Of a stretch of 64,000 bases of DNA, positions 36,357 through 48,693 are shown in pieces. A program made the translations under genes and the position numbers. The notes beneath the pieces were generated by a model. The model did not search any database, was not told the DNA's origin, and saw only the letters and a program-made list of their open reading frames with translations. This DNA is from Vicugna vicugna (lineage: Eukaryota), in assembly GCA_013265495.1 (NCBI GenBank), contig MU057724.1, forward strand, positions 1,007,102-1,071,101, given 5' to 3'. Numbering within the stretch: position 1 is the stretch's first letter; every line of letters begins with the position of its first letter.

Positions 36357-38004
36357 GTGCGGCCAGTGCCGGCTCTCAGAAGGGCCGCAGGAGCGAGGGG
36401 AAGGACCGGGCGTGTCGGCGGCAGGGCCCTGCTCCACCAGGAGCCAGAACCGTAGTTTAGGTTAGTTTTCATTCGTGAGAAAATCTGACCACCGTGGGTT
36501 GAACGGGGATGACTGTTGCCCGAGGCCCTGAGGGGATGGAAGTTCGGGCTTTTGCAGATTCCGTGCGTTCCTAGTAGACAGGCTTGTCCTGTTCTCGTCT
36601 CCGTCCGCCTTGTTCCTGACTTCACGCCACTCCTTTCCTTTGGGGGCATTTTAGTATCCGAGCTGTAGATTTAATAACAAATTGATTTGGAATAAGCACA
36701 ATATGCTGTGACCAACCTTTGTTTTTATTTTTTCTAACGAGTGTGTTTTTCTTGGATTGGAGGGACAGCAACTATAAATTATTTCCAATAATATTAAATT
36801 AATGACCTGAGGGAGTAAATTTTCCCTAATACCGTAAAAGTAAATGTATAACTTATCTCCCCAAATTACTGTATTTTGTTCTTCTTCTTTTTTTCCCCTT
36901 AACCATCACTAAGTTCCAAGGGAACTAAATTGAAGAATTGACATTTTGTAATAGAAAGAGATTACTGTGCTAAGTATTGTACAGGTTTAGGAATTTGCCT
37001 AGCTGATTTCATTAATGAAATGGCTTACTTCCCACGTAATACCATTAGAAATTTTGGCTGGGGGACTCTCATGAAAGGTATGTTACCTCAATAATGTTAA
37101 ATTCTTAAGTGTCTGAAGCAGAAAGCAATCTGTTCTCTTGAAGTACATTTTCTAACCTCTGCCTTATCAGTTTCCAGAAGGAAAATTATCTCGAAGGCAT
37201 TTTTGATTGAATTCTAATTAATCAGCTTTCCTGCTGGCTTCCAGGATTAGATAACTAGGGAAGTCCTACTGCACAATCAGGAACTGGGAGTGAAGGCTGC
37301 AGGGGCACACACTGGTGGCTGAAATATACTACACATGCTATAAAAGTGTAAGCAACAATAATGCTTTTATTCTATTAAAATAAATATTCAAGTCATAATT
37401 CTTATTGTCTTACTAGACAATAATAGCCTCATTAAATAGTCATAGATTTTCTTTAGGTGAGTTAGGCTTTTATTTAGAAGTGAAAATAGAAAAATTTTCC
37501 TTAGGCTTACAAGTTGAGGGAGTTAATGACTTGGAATATTTCATATAAATCATATAATACACAGTAAATAGTGTTAAAAGAAGACTCATAGTTGGTCTCT
37601 AGCAATGCAAGTTCTGACAATCAAACTGGCTATTTCAAATAATTCAGCAGAATACATGCTTTTCTTCCTATCCTGGTGGTGTCATAGTTTCTCATCAGAG
37701 GTGGTCACAACTTCACTTGATTGTTTTTTAAAACTTTGGTTTTTGTTTTTAATTTTCTAAACTACTTATACTTCCTTTTATGTATGTCCAGCTTAAAACC
37801 CACCAAAACAACCAAATTTGAGTATGGTTTATTAACTTAACTTTCTTTCACCTAAGGTGGTTTTACTTTGATTCATAGTGTGTACACTTTAATTTTGTCA
37901 TTTACTTTTGTTTTTAGCATTCTGTTTCTGGCATCTGCTTTACAGAATGAAAGTTTAATAACATCTCATATAGTAAAACCTTACTTAAGCCTAATTTTTT
38001 CTCT

Positions 38005-38496
38005 TCTAGTTTTATTGAGAGATAAGTGACAAAGCAGTGTGCGTGTCTAAGGTGTATAGCACAATGATTTGGCTTCTGTACATCATGGGATGAATTTCAC
38101 AATCATGTTAGTGACCGTCCATATCTCATAGAAATACAAAATAAAATGAATAGAAAAATTTTTTTTCTTTGTGATGAGAACTCCTAGGATTTACTCTCTT
38201 AACAACTTCCTATGTAACATACAGCAGTGTTAACTATAGTCACTATGTTGTGACTATAGTCACATTACATCCTTAGTACTTATCTTACAACTAGAAGTTT
38301 ATACTTTTTGACAACCTTCATCCAATTCCCCCTTCCTATCCCCCACATATGGTAACCTCAAATCTGATCTCTTTTTCCATGAGTTCACTTTTTTGTTTTT
38401 AAAGTGTAATTTACCTATGATATTATGTTAGTTCCTGGTGCACAACATAGTGATTCGATGTTTCTATACAATATTATGATGACCGCAATAGTCTAG
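38005..38496 (-). mobile_element. L1MA9-like 3' end
   Basis: TTTTATTGAGA.ATAA.TGAC..GTGATGAGAACTC.TAGGATTTACTCTCTTAACAACTT..GGTAACC.CAAATCTGATCTCTTTT. Confidence 0.8.
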
Positions 38497-41089
38497 TTTT
38501 TTTAACCTCCGATTTTATAAACAGTGTTTTGTTTGACATTCTTTTTCCAGATGATAATAATACTGATCTATATTTGTGCTAGTACATCGGATATGATCTT
38601 TCCACTTTCTAAGTTAAATTTTATTTATAAGTGTGCAAGCTCTCAAAATTCTACTTACTAAAATTTCAAACAATTTGTTGTAATAACAACAAGGTAGGTT
38701 TTCACAGTATCTACCAGTATATGTATAAGCATGTGCATATACAAGTAAAACTTATTTTTTCTTGATATAAACGTACTTTGTCTTAGACGTCATAAATGAG
38801 ATGTGAAAAAATAAATTTTTCTTTTCTACTGTCCAACTAATGTTAAGTTTAACTCTCAAGATCATTTTTTTCACTAAGGAACATTATAAAGAGCTGTGCT
38901 TTGAATTAGGATAATCCAATGAAACAATATTATTTCAAAGTTGAAAAAACTGTTAAAGCTTATCTAATATAATCTCCTCTCTTTTGAATAAAATACTCCT
39001 TTTTTTCTCTGAACCTGGGGAACACCCCATTGTAGGAGTTGGAAGACGAAAGGGTTTATGATGGTAAAGTCAGGAGTGCAAGACATTGAGTGGGTTAGCA
39101 GAGAAATCGAAGGTAGTGTATTAAAGGTCATAATGGACACGTCTTGACTTCATTTAGAATCATCCCTGATCTTAAGCAGTAGAGGACACTTTATTACCTC
39201 AAAGCCCTGTACTTAGTAGAACAAGAGTGCTGGAAACAGATGTAGTGATCGCCCGGCAACATCGCCTCATCACTTAAATACGAGTGTTGAAGTCCAGTGG
39301 TAAGATGATTGGTACTTGGTTTTTGTTTTAAGATCAGAGAATCCAGAGATTGAGAAAGACCAATCGAAAGGGAGATGTGAGTGAAATAAGAGAAAAGGAA
39401 ATAATCAATAGATGAGATTTCAGATACTCCAGAGTAGAAAAATCCCAGACTGATGAGTTCAGTCTTAATTCAACAAGGCCACTCAAGATAGTCTAAATCA
39501 GAAAATTAAAAAAGAAAGGATGGATACAGCTCTCTGTACATTTGTTGGATTTGGGGTAAATATTAAGGATATTATTTTTAGAACTGGAAGTAAGTTTATT
39601 TTCTGTGAATAAATCTGGCTGCAGGGTTATAACTTCAAGGAAAATGGAGAAATTGGAAGATACACCTGCTGAGGACTGGAGGAATTGTTGATGTAGAGGG
39701 TTGGTGGACTGAGTTGAGAACCCAGCTGAGTTTGGACACCATGAAACAATGGTGGTTTCAGTGTGTGCAGCTGAGTGATTTTGCTCCCGTAGCTTTCAGC
39801 AGTGCAGGGACTTTGCACATTCACCCAGCTGCGTTTCCCCTCACCCAGCACAGACACACTATCTGGTCTGTGTGGAAGAATATGATAGCAGAAATGATCC
39901 GGATAGTGACAGATAGAAATTTGTCATCTGTGCTCACTCATCTGTGTGAGTCTAGAACACCCTCTGCTGTGTCCTGCCGGCCCCCGGCTGGACCTGGACA
40001 CGCAGGCACAGTCCCCGCCTCCTCAGAGCGTCACCGCGGTCCTCTGTTACTTGAGTGTCATTTATTCAGCTTCTTGTTGGTTGATGCTCAAGATACTTCT
40101 ACCCTAAAGTTTTAAGGTTTTTCTAGACCTAAATGTCCATTTCTTTAAACATAAATATTTTCTGAGTTTCAGCGAGTCTACAAATTCACACTTGACAGTC
40201 GGGATGTATAACTACTGGGAAAATGTGTCAAGTCTAAATTTTAAGAGGAAAAAAGGCCTTAGAAATTCAAAAAACTAACTGAACACTGGAAAACACATAT
40301 GTTATTCCACTTAATGTTTAAATTTGCAGTTTTTGGTTTGTCTTGTTTTTACCAATTTAGAAAACAAGCCACTTAGCCCATTTCATTTAATTTCATCTTA
40401 TTTCCCCAAATTTATTCATAAAACCAAATGAAATTGGAGGATGTAGTTACCATCTTACAATCATGGCTTTACTTCCTCCGGGCGATGAGATTTCAAGGGA
40501 ACAGCACCATGCCAGATTACCTGAAGTGTTAAACACCTTGGAAATGAGGGTGTTTATGCTCATTATTCTTGTATACATGTATCAAGGTGAAACAGTGAAG
40601 CAGAAACCGTATGTTTTCTTTTCCCTCTCCAGCGTTTGATGAAGCCTTTGCACTTCATTCCTCACGTCCTTGTCCTTCTCCTTTTCCTTCAGTTCTAAAT
40701 TTATCTATGAGCCTCACATTGCATGTGAGAGAGAATTATTTTGTTACTCTGTAGCTTGGAAATAAGGGCAAACTTAAAATACAGAAGACATTTTCTAAAA
40801 CGATAAAGCCCCTGTAAATAAACAGACTGCAGCATTTCTCAAAATACTGACCATTAAAAAACTGCAATTATTTGAAGAAATGTCCTAATGATAATCAAAA
40901 TGTTTATTAAAATTTGCCTTCCTGCTCCTGTTTCATTATGAGCCCACTCAAGTCATATTTCTCCCTCACCCCAGTACGGAAATGTTCTGAGGTCATCACT
41001 GAGATTTGTGTTGTTAAAACCATAACCAGTTCTAAGTGCTCATCCTGGTGGATGTCAGGTTGATCTCCGCCCCACTAGAGATATTCTGT

Positions 41090-42245
41090 CACTTGACTTC
41101 CAGAAAAAAAAAAACAGTGTTGTGATTTTCCTCCAATCTACTAGTTACTCTTTCTTAGATTTTGCTGGGAGGTGTTCCTTCTTTGCTCCTTATCTTGAGA
41201 TCTTGGTGTGCCCTGGGGGTTAATCCTTGGACATCTGTTATTTCATCCAGTTTCATGGCCTGAAAGACTATGCCAGGTCTGAAATTTGCATATTCAATCA
41301 AGACGTTGCCTCTAAGTCCACCTCATATATATGCAGCTCAATATAGCTCTTTGGGTATGCAAAAACCATATTAAAATTAAGTTGTCCAAACCTAATTCTT
41401 GACTTTTCTTTTCAAGCCTTCTCTTGTCCACTTTTCCAGTTGTTGAAACCAAAAATTTTCTTTTTTCTGCCTCCCATCTGTCACTTACTCCACTGAGAGA
41501 GTATTTCTTCATTCAAAACACACCAGAATCCAGCCATGCCACACACCCTCTGCTTTTCCTGTTTCAGCCAAGTGACACTGTCTTTTGCCTGGGTTCTAAT
41601 TCTGCCCTCTGGACTGGGTTTTTGTCTCTGTCCACTCTCTCCACTCTATTCTCAACACAATCGCCAAAGTGATCTTATTAAAATAAAGTCAACTCAAGTC
41701 TGATCAGCATCTGTCAGGATCTCAGTGACTTTTGCTCACTCTCCCACCAGCCCCAGTCCTCCCGGTGGCCTTTGCTGAGCCTGTCCACTCACCGCTGCCA
41801 CACCTTTGGAGCACAGCTGTCACCCAGCCCAGCCCCACCCTTAGAGCCATGGAGGTCCCCTCTTCACACGGGGCTTGGCACTTGCTGTTCTGTCTGCCTG
41901 AACATCTTTTCTCTGATGTCTGCATGGCTCCCTCAGGACAGACTCAGATGTCCCCTTCACAGCTGCCTTCTCTGCCCCCTCTCTGAGATGAGTGCTTGCC
42001 CCCTGTCCCCTCCCCAGGCCACTGCTACCCAGTCCCATTCTCTGCTTTATTTTCTCTCCTTAGCGCTTACAGTCAGGTGGCGTACTAAATACACGGAATC
42101 CTTTGCTCAGTTTTATTTGCCTCTCTGACTAGAACAGATGCTGCAAAAGAGCTAGAAGGGTAGGGTGGTCTTTTAAAATTTTGTTCCCTGCTGTATCCCC
42201 AGTGCCTAGATCAGTCCCTGCCTTAGTGAATACGGTTGAATCGAT
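41090..42245 (+). mobile_element. L2 (L2a-like) 3' portion
   Basis: Pyrimidine-rich L2 body ending TTGTTC.CTGCTGTATCCCCAGTGCCTAGA.CAGT.CCTG..GTTGAAT. Confidence 0.75.
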
Positions 42246-43519
42246 CGGTTAATTGTAGCTGGTATTAGCATCTAATCACCCCTCACTGCAGGGCAAGGAA
42301 AGCCGTGGTCTGGCATGGCTTGGAAGGAGTCTGTCCACCCACCTGGGTTTCTTGTTCAGTGCTGACCGCAGTAGCCGGTGCTGCTCCGGGTCAGGCCCGG
42401 TGCCCTCTGTTCCTGCTTCAAGCTCCACGGTCCGCTTCTCTTCCTGCCTTTGGCCATTTGTGCTGAAGTGACTGATTGCTTGGACCTGAGCTTTTATATC
42501 TACAGCAGAGAGTTCTCAGCCTTTTTCTCACTCATCATTCCTAGTCCAGATTTTAAGCCCAGGGGTCATGAGCTGTAGTCCTAAAAATCTATCAATTCCA
42601 GTTCTTCCAAGTTTTTAAATAACAGAAATGCCGAAAGAGCTTGTGCGCTCAGAGAGCACCTGCTCCTCCCGGCTGGCCTGGAATGTTTTCTGTCTTTCTC
42701 ATGCGTGTTGTAGCTCTCCCTGCCTTTACCCCTCCGATGGCTCTTCAGCTGTGACATCGCCAGGGGCCCTACACTTTTGTGAAAAGGAAGAAACTTCAGT
42801 GTTGAGCCTGACCTGAGAAAAGCTAGCCCGTAATGCAGATGTCACAGATGGTGCAGATTCCCTTAAGCAGTATCAGGTGTTGTCCTTGGTTGCAATCACC
42901 CAGACTTCTCCTCTCTCCTGCCCCCATGTCACATACATGTGTGAGACCAGAAATTGTGCTTTATGGATAGAGTCAGAAATAACTGCTTCCTGCCAGTTAT
43001 TTAATGTACTTCAGTCCCCTCCTGTTAGTCTGCTGCAGATTTAGAGGAGAGGTGACCCTTCGTGTCAGTGGCATACAGTTATGTTTGTTTTAGCTGATTG
43101 AGGGGAACTGTTTCACCGTGTCTGAACTTTTGGCCCTTTGAAAGCATCAGAGCCTAGCTGCCAAGTGATACAGTTGTCAAAGGGTTGGGTTTTTTTTTCC
43201 CCTTTCATTTTCTTCCCAGACACCTTATCATCTGATTTAGTTGATAACTGGCCCACCATCTCTGTCGAGGCACCAACAGCTCTCAGGGTGTTGTGGATTT
43301 TTAACTCCTTTGTGCACACGAGGCAGGCCTCCTTTTGCATGCTGGGAACAGAACGTAGGCGAGAAAGCAGTGAAACCACTGGAGGCTTCTGGTCTGTCCT
43401 GTGGACTGGCTCCTGTCGTGGAAGGGTGGGGACAGCTGCCCCTCAGGGGCAGGGAGCCGCCTCCGGTGCCAAAGCAGGTGCTCGTTCTGGTTGGTAAAGT
43501 CATCTCGCAAGTGTCAGGT

Positions 43520-43690
43520 TATTTGACTTGTACAGCCTCGTGTGAAGAAGGCAGGGCCCGAGCTCCGTTCTGTAGACAAGAACGCTCAGCTCAGAGAATT
43601 AGATGCTTGCCAGGTGACACGGGCAATAAAGGTGCGGTTTGGGCCGTGAGCCATGACCTGGGCTCTGGGACCAGCGCTCTTTCCAGCTGG
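43520..43690 (-). mobile_element. MIR fragment
   Basis: CCGTTCTGTAGAC.AGAAC..AGCTCAGAGA.TTAGATG.CTTGCC.AGGT.ACAC. Confidence 0.55.
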
Positions 43691-44319
43691 CACCTCACTT
43701 GTTGTCATGTCTGTATGTGTTTGGCACCTCCAACTCCAGACATTTTATTCTGTTGAAAACCCTGCTACTGAATAATGGACTCTGTGAAGAAGTGGAGGTG
43801 CAAACTGAAGTGATGCAATTAAATCATTTAGGAAAATGATGCATCAAAAAATACATATTTTTAAAAAATCTAATTTCAGATTTTTTTCCCTCCGCTAAAT
43901 ACAGGTGCACCGTGTCATTACTGTTTAGCCCTCAGGAGAGTCTGCTGCATTTCTTTCCCCCTTTTTCCCCTTTATCTGTGTTGTTGCCTCAACTATAATG
44001 GGTCTTCTGGAAGACATGGGTGATGTCTCTCATTTGTATATGTTATTAATGGTTCATAACTGGTGTATAGTGTGACTAAAAGATTATTGATGATGAAATT
44101 TATTTGTTTGTATGGTTCTCTATATCCGCCCCCACTCACATCTATACATTTGTTTAATATCGTGTCACAGTTTTCCCCTTTGTTTTGGAAAGAAATGTGA
44201 GAGTCCTGGGGGACTGCCCAGTTCTGTTGGTTTGCTATCAGCCTTGTTCAGGTTTCAATTCTCAAAATTGTTTAAACAATTACATACAATACTTCCTCCA
44301 AATTTGGTAGATTTGAGCA

Positions 44320-45020
44320 TTGTTTGAAATAATAACAAAATTTAAGTCATCTTATGACCCAGAAATTCCATTACCAAGTATACATCCAAGAAAAATGAAA
44401 ACATGTATTCAGACAAAAACTTGTACAAAATGTTTATAGCAGCATTATTTATAATGGCCAAAGGTAGGAACAAACCAAAAATCCATCAGCAGACTGACGG
44501 ATAAGCAAGCTGTGGATATGCACACAATGGACCATCACACAGCCATAAAAAGAAAGCAGTCCTGACACACAAGGCAACACGAATAAACCTTGATGCTACA
44601 AGAAAGTCAGTGTTACAAAAGACAGCACACTGTATGATTCCATTTATATGAAATGCCAAGCATAGGCAGATCTATGAAGACAAAATGTATTTTAGTGTTT
44701 GCCAGGGACTAGTGGGATTGGGGAATGGTGAGTGACTGCTTAATAGGTACAAAGTTTTCTTTTGGGGTAATGAAAATGTCCTAAAACTAAATTTTGGTGA
44801 CAGTTGCACAAATGTATAAATATACTAAAACCCACTGCATTTGTACACTCTTAAAAGGTGAATTTAATGGTATATAATTTTTATTATATTTTTATTATTT
44901 TTGTGGTCAGTTTACAATGTTGTGTCAATTTCTGGTTTACAGCATCATGTTTTAGTCATACATATACATACATGTTCATTTTCAGAGTGGTATATGAATT
45001 ATATGCCAAAAAAGCCATTA
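44320..45020 (+). mobile_element. L1MB-like 3' end with a nested antisense young L1 tail (~44880-44985)
   Basis: ATGACCCAG.AATTCCA..AAAATGAAAACATGT..TGTATGATTCCATTTATATGAAATG; interrupted by GGTCAGTTTACAATGTTGTGTCAATTTCTGGT.TACAGCA. Confidence 0.85.
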
Positions 45021-46379
45021 TGTAAAAGATGTAATGGCATTTTGTATTTGCTTAAGGAAATTATTTCTTCTAAATACATAAAATATAAATGTTAACGACT
45101 GAATTTTAAATATTAATGCTGCTTCCCCCAAACAATGACAGTGGTCTTATGGAAAAAACGAATGCTTTAGGAAAATCTTCATGGAATCTAGCAACAACCA
45201 CCATTTTTGCATTAAGTACCTCTACTAAACAACTTCTATTTATTTAATTTAAAATACAAAATTTAAGTTCAAGAATAAAACAATGTATTTCAAAAATTTG
45301 ATGTAATTACAGTTGAAAGATTTGTCTTACTTTAATTGAAAAGCAGGATTATTGTGTGAAATTTACTTTTCCCTTTGAAAATTCAGTTTAGAAGATAGAT
45401 GTTTTTATTGCTGAATTACTTGATGTTTTCCTTTTTTTCCCTCCAAGAGGAGCTGTTCTTACATATAATAGAACATTTTGCTAATGCCTGTGGGGGGATA
45501 AGAATGATTTAGTGATTTTCTTTCTGGAAAATGCCCAAATGAAAATTGCTTGCTCACTTGGCATTATCAGTGGGAATTAAGTCATGGATCCATGTGTCTC
45601 CATCCTGTTCCCCAGAGTCTGGTCCTGCCTGATCCAGAACAGTTAGGGGAAGTGAATTTTATTGTGGTTGACCTAGGGTTTTTGCTCCAGTTGAAGGACT
45701 CTGCTAAAGATCCAGAACTATTTAGATCTTGATTTCCTGTTTGATTTTCAGTTTGCAGAAGGGCCCACATTATGGTCATAGTTAGAGGCCTATACATTGG
45801 GATCCTGTAGTTCTAAGGACATTATTTAAATTTCTTTTACCTGAATTTCTGGTGTTTTATTAGAGCAATATGAATCTGCCATTAATGATTTTGTAAGGAT
45901 TAAATTTGATGATGTACACAAGCTTTAGCATAATAACGTAAGTGGTTGTAATAGTGATCATACGACTGCTTGAATTTTATTCTCTCTTCTGCCCCAAAGA
46001 TTTTATCTACACCAGGTCAACAAACTTCACATAAATTGGGATTACTAAGTTCCAAAGGATGTTTATTCTGGAATTTCTAGTAAATTTGGGAAACATACTC
46101 ACTTTAATTACTTGTAACAAAGGCTGGTGGTTTCCCAGATCTGAGCGGGGGGATGATGGCAAGTCATGGTTACTGGGAGTTAAGGTTTTTGTCAGGACCT
46201 AGAGGAGCTGCACTTGAGTAATTCTGCCACGGATCTTGTGCTCATCCGCCTGACATCCTCCCTCTTTCCCTTCCCCTATTGGTCCCCCCCTCCCCCCGCC
46301 ACACGGCTCCTTTACTTTTGGTAAAGCTGACTCCATCTTGACGGTAGAAAAAGCTTGAATCACTCAGTCCTCACATCCC

Positions 46380-46810
46380 ACCCACTGGAGGTATCTACTG
46401 TTGTAGTGATTGGCATATGACCTGATGTGGTCAATAATGTATATGTAGAGACATCAGGAACCTTTAGAGAAACAAATAAATAGGCTTCCTTAGTCTCCTG
46501 AAATAACTTCCAGAAGAAATCCTCTCTCTGTCCTTAGAAGTAGATGATGAAAAAGCAAGTAGCCCCTTGGCTACTTTGAACTAAAAGGCGAGCTGGAATG
46601 AACCTGATGTCACACAATGCAAAGCAGAGTAAAGGAGCAAAGACTGGAACCTTTGTGATGCTGTTACACTGCTGAGTTAAGTCATGTGTGAAGAATCCAT
46701 GCCCACTGACTTTCTGTCATTTGAGCTAATAAACCCCCTTTATTACATGAACCAGATTGAATTATATTTTATTTGTTTGTTTTCTTTTTGGCAACAGCAA
46801 ATATACTGAA
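46380..46810 (+). mobile_element. MLT1-family (MaLR) LTR, degenerate
   Basis: 3' motifs TGAGCTAATAAACCCC.TT..TT..A..AACCAG.TTGAATT..TTGGCAAC. Confidence 0.55.
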
Positions 46811-47746
46811 ATACCACATAGAGTTGTATATGCATTTTCTATTTTTTCTGATATTAATAATTCAAAAGATGTAGCCTAGTAAGGGTCTAAAACCTATTTA
46901 TTCATACTGTTAATCACATAATAAACATGCATTAAAACAAAAAAGAAAAGCTTACATTCTAAACTGAGAAACGATGAGAATATAGAACATGGCTTACATG
47001 CTATCATGAGTGTTGAAGAAATAAAAATGAAATCATTCCAAGGATGACAAAAATTGGCCATCTTTAGTAAGAGATTATATATTTTGTCATGATAACTTGT
47101 CACATATATATTACCTTTGAGTATTTGCATCTTCAAGAATTTTTAACTTTTCCTGTTATGTTTCTCACTTTTGAAAAAAGAACACTAGACATTATTTGAG
47201 TACAATGACATAGTCTACTAATATTACTGTAAAATTAAAAATAAATGGCCAATGGTCGTATATTACAGTGAATTTTTATCCAAAATAAATTTGAAATGTG
47301 CTGTAAGGATTATTATATACATACAGTGTGTAAGTATGTCTACCACACTGCATTATTTTTGAAGTAGGAGAGAAGAGTTTTTATATACCCAGAAAATCAG
47401 TTCAGGTGTACAATGGTGAGTATCTGACGTTCAGGTATAAACGCCCCATGAGATGGAGGCTTGGTGGCGTGACGGGTGGGCACTGTGTTCTTGGGCATTT
47501 TTCTCTCTCTCGTTTAGACCAGGTAACATCTTTGTGCAGGGATGCTCCATGGGCCATTCCGTATTTTTAAGCACAAATATTTCTTTCTCCAAAGAAATAT
47601 GACAACTCTGAATTTTGAGGGCTTTGTTGGAGTTAATAGCTTTAAACTGTGTTTCTTTCCTTTTGAGTAGTATCCCTTTACTGTCAGCAAAATGTTAAAT
47701 TCAGTGCTGACAAGTTTTAATATTTCTTGTATATGTGTGATTCCAG

Positions 47747-47869
47747 GTGACTGTCCTATGAGGCAAGAAAAGATCTTTTGAGCATTCCTGGGTCCTTCTA
47801 TGTTTCTTTTGAGAATTGTACTAGTATTTGAATTTTGGACAGAAACTGTCAATCCCCTAATGTCAGATG
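47747..47869 (+). other. PLAGL1: Non-coding 5'UTR exon (123 bp)
   Basis: Branch-like TGCTGAC at ~47705, acceptor TTCCAG|G, donor ATG|GTAAGA, stops in all three frames. The sequence (CCTATGAGGCAAGAA...TTCCTGGGTCC..TATGTTTCTT.TGAGAAT...TTTGAATTT.G...AGAAAC...TCAGATG) matches the human PLAGL1 5'UTR as recalled. Confidence 0.7.
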
Positions 47870-48233
47870 GTAAGAGAGAGATTTTGTAAATTTATCCTCT
47901 TTTCTGATAAAGACAGGTGAATAGGCACTGAAAATACGGCAGTGAGCAAACACAGAAGCCTTCCCCCTGGGTCTTCTGCTGTGACGAAGGTGGCAGAGCC
48001 TTGAACAGCAACAAAATGTAGCGTTTTGTTTTGTGGGAAAATCCTATATTACTTTACTGCCTCCTTGTTAGAACCTGCCGCAAGTACATCTTTGCACATG
48101 ATGGACTGGGGTGGTCACACAGTAAGAGGGACATCCAATATGTTTGTGGGAAAAGGTTAAATGAGGTTGGCAAAAAATGAATTATTTTCCCACACATATT
48201 AATTCTGCCTAAAAAAGTGCTTTTATCTAACAG

Positions 48234-48452
48234 GTTTTACTGGTTGGACGTCGTGAACACACTGGCCTCTTCTGTGATGTTGCCTGCATCTCATTTTCTG
48301 TCTGCCAATCTTCATGTGGGACAGTGCAGCCGGGGCTGTTTCGCTGATTGTGTTTTAGTGACGTGGGAATTGAGGATGGATTGTTTAATGCTTTACGTGG
48401 AAATCTGGGCTTGGGGCACACAGAAAAAGTACTGTCACTCACTCTCCTGTAG
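48234..48452 (+). other. PLAGL1: Non-coding 5'UTR exon (donor at 48452 or alternatively 48474)
   Basis: Acceptor TTTTATCTAACAG|G; candidate donors TAG|GTACCC and TGG|GTAAGG. The sequence (GTTTTA.TGGTTGGA...ATGTTGCCTGC.TC...TGGAAATCT.GGCTTGG.GCACA...CTGTCACTCA) continues the recalled human PLAGL1 UTR directly after the previous exon. Confidence 0.65.
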
Positions 48453-48693
48453 GTACCCAGGGTCAGCACTGTGGGTAAGGCCTGCAAGGTGTGTGAGCCA
48501 CAAAAACGTTGTAAAGTACAGGGTCCTGATAGTATCAGTCCTCCACATTGGTACAAACGTTAACATTCCAGACAGGTTCTGTATCTGTTATTGTCTCATC
48601 GTACTGCAGTGACTCTGAGGCTTGGAAGTCAGGTTACTGAACTCACTGGGATGTTAGGCCCTGTTTTACAATGTAGGTTGTATTATTATTTAG

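Larger units (their letters stand above)
33780..36450 (+). promoter_or_regulatory. PLAGL1: CpG island / promoter; candidate PLAGL1-HYMAI germline DMR (imprinting control region)
   Basis: Very high GC and CpG density with sharp AT-rich flanks. GC boxes GGGCGGGGC at 34342, 34362 and 34382, CACGTG near 34159, splice donor CAG|GTACGT at 34953/34954, several tandem arrays. Gene identity is inferred from the downstream UTR exons and short motifs (GGCATCTGC..TTCAGCC, TTGGCTTTGC..CACCG) resembling the human DMR as recalled. Confidence 0.75.
34400..39000 (+). ncRNA. HYMAI: Possible HYMAI-like unspliced lncRNA reading through intron 1
   Basis: Positional inference only: human HYMAI is an intronless ~5 kb transcript from this DMR in the same orientation. 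AATAAA hexamers occur near 37379, 38810 and 38987. Confidence 0.25.

Noticed and set aside
33662..36649. Long overlapping ORFs (up to 368 aa) on both strands of the CpG island
   Set aside because: They are Pro/Arg/Gly/Ala-rich products of stop-poor GC-rich DNA and tandem repeats, open in several frames at once, with no recognisable domain.
38551..38693. Plus-strand exon candidate (TTTTTCCAG|ATG ... AAG|GTAGGT)
   Set aside because: It has stops in all frames and no recalled homology. It could be a UTR exon but is unsupported.
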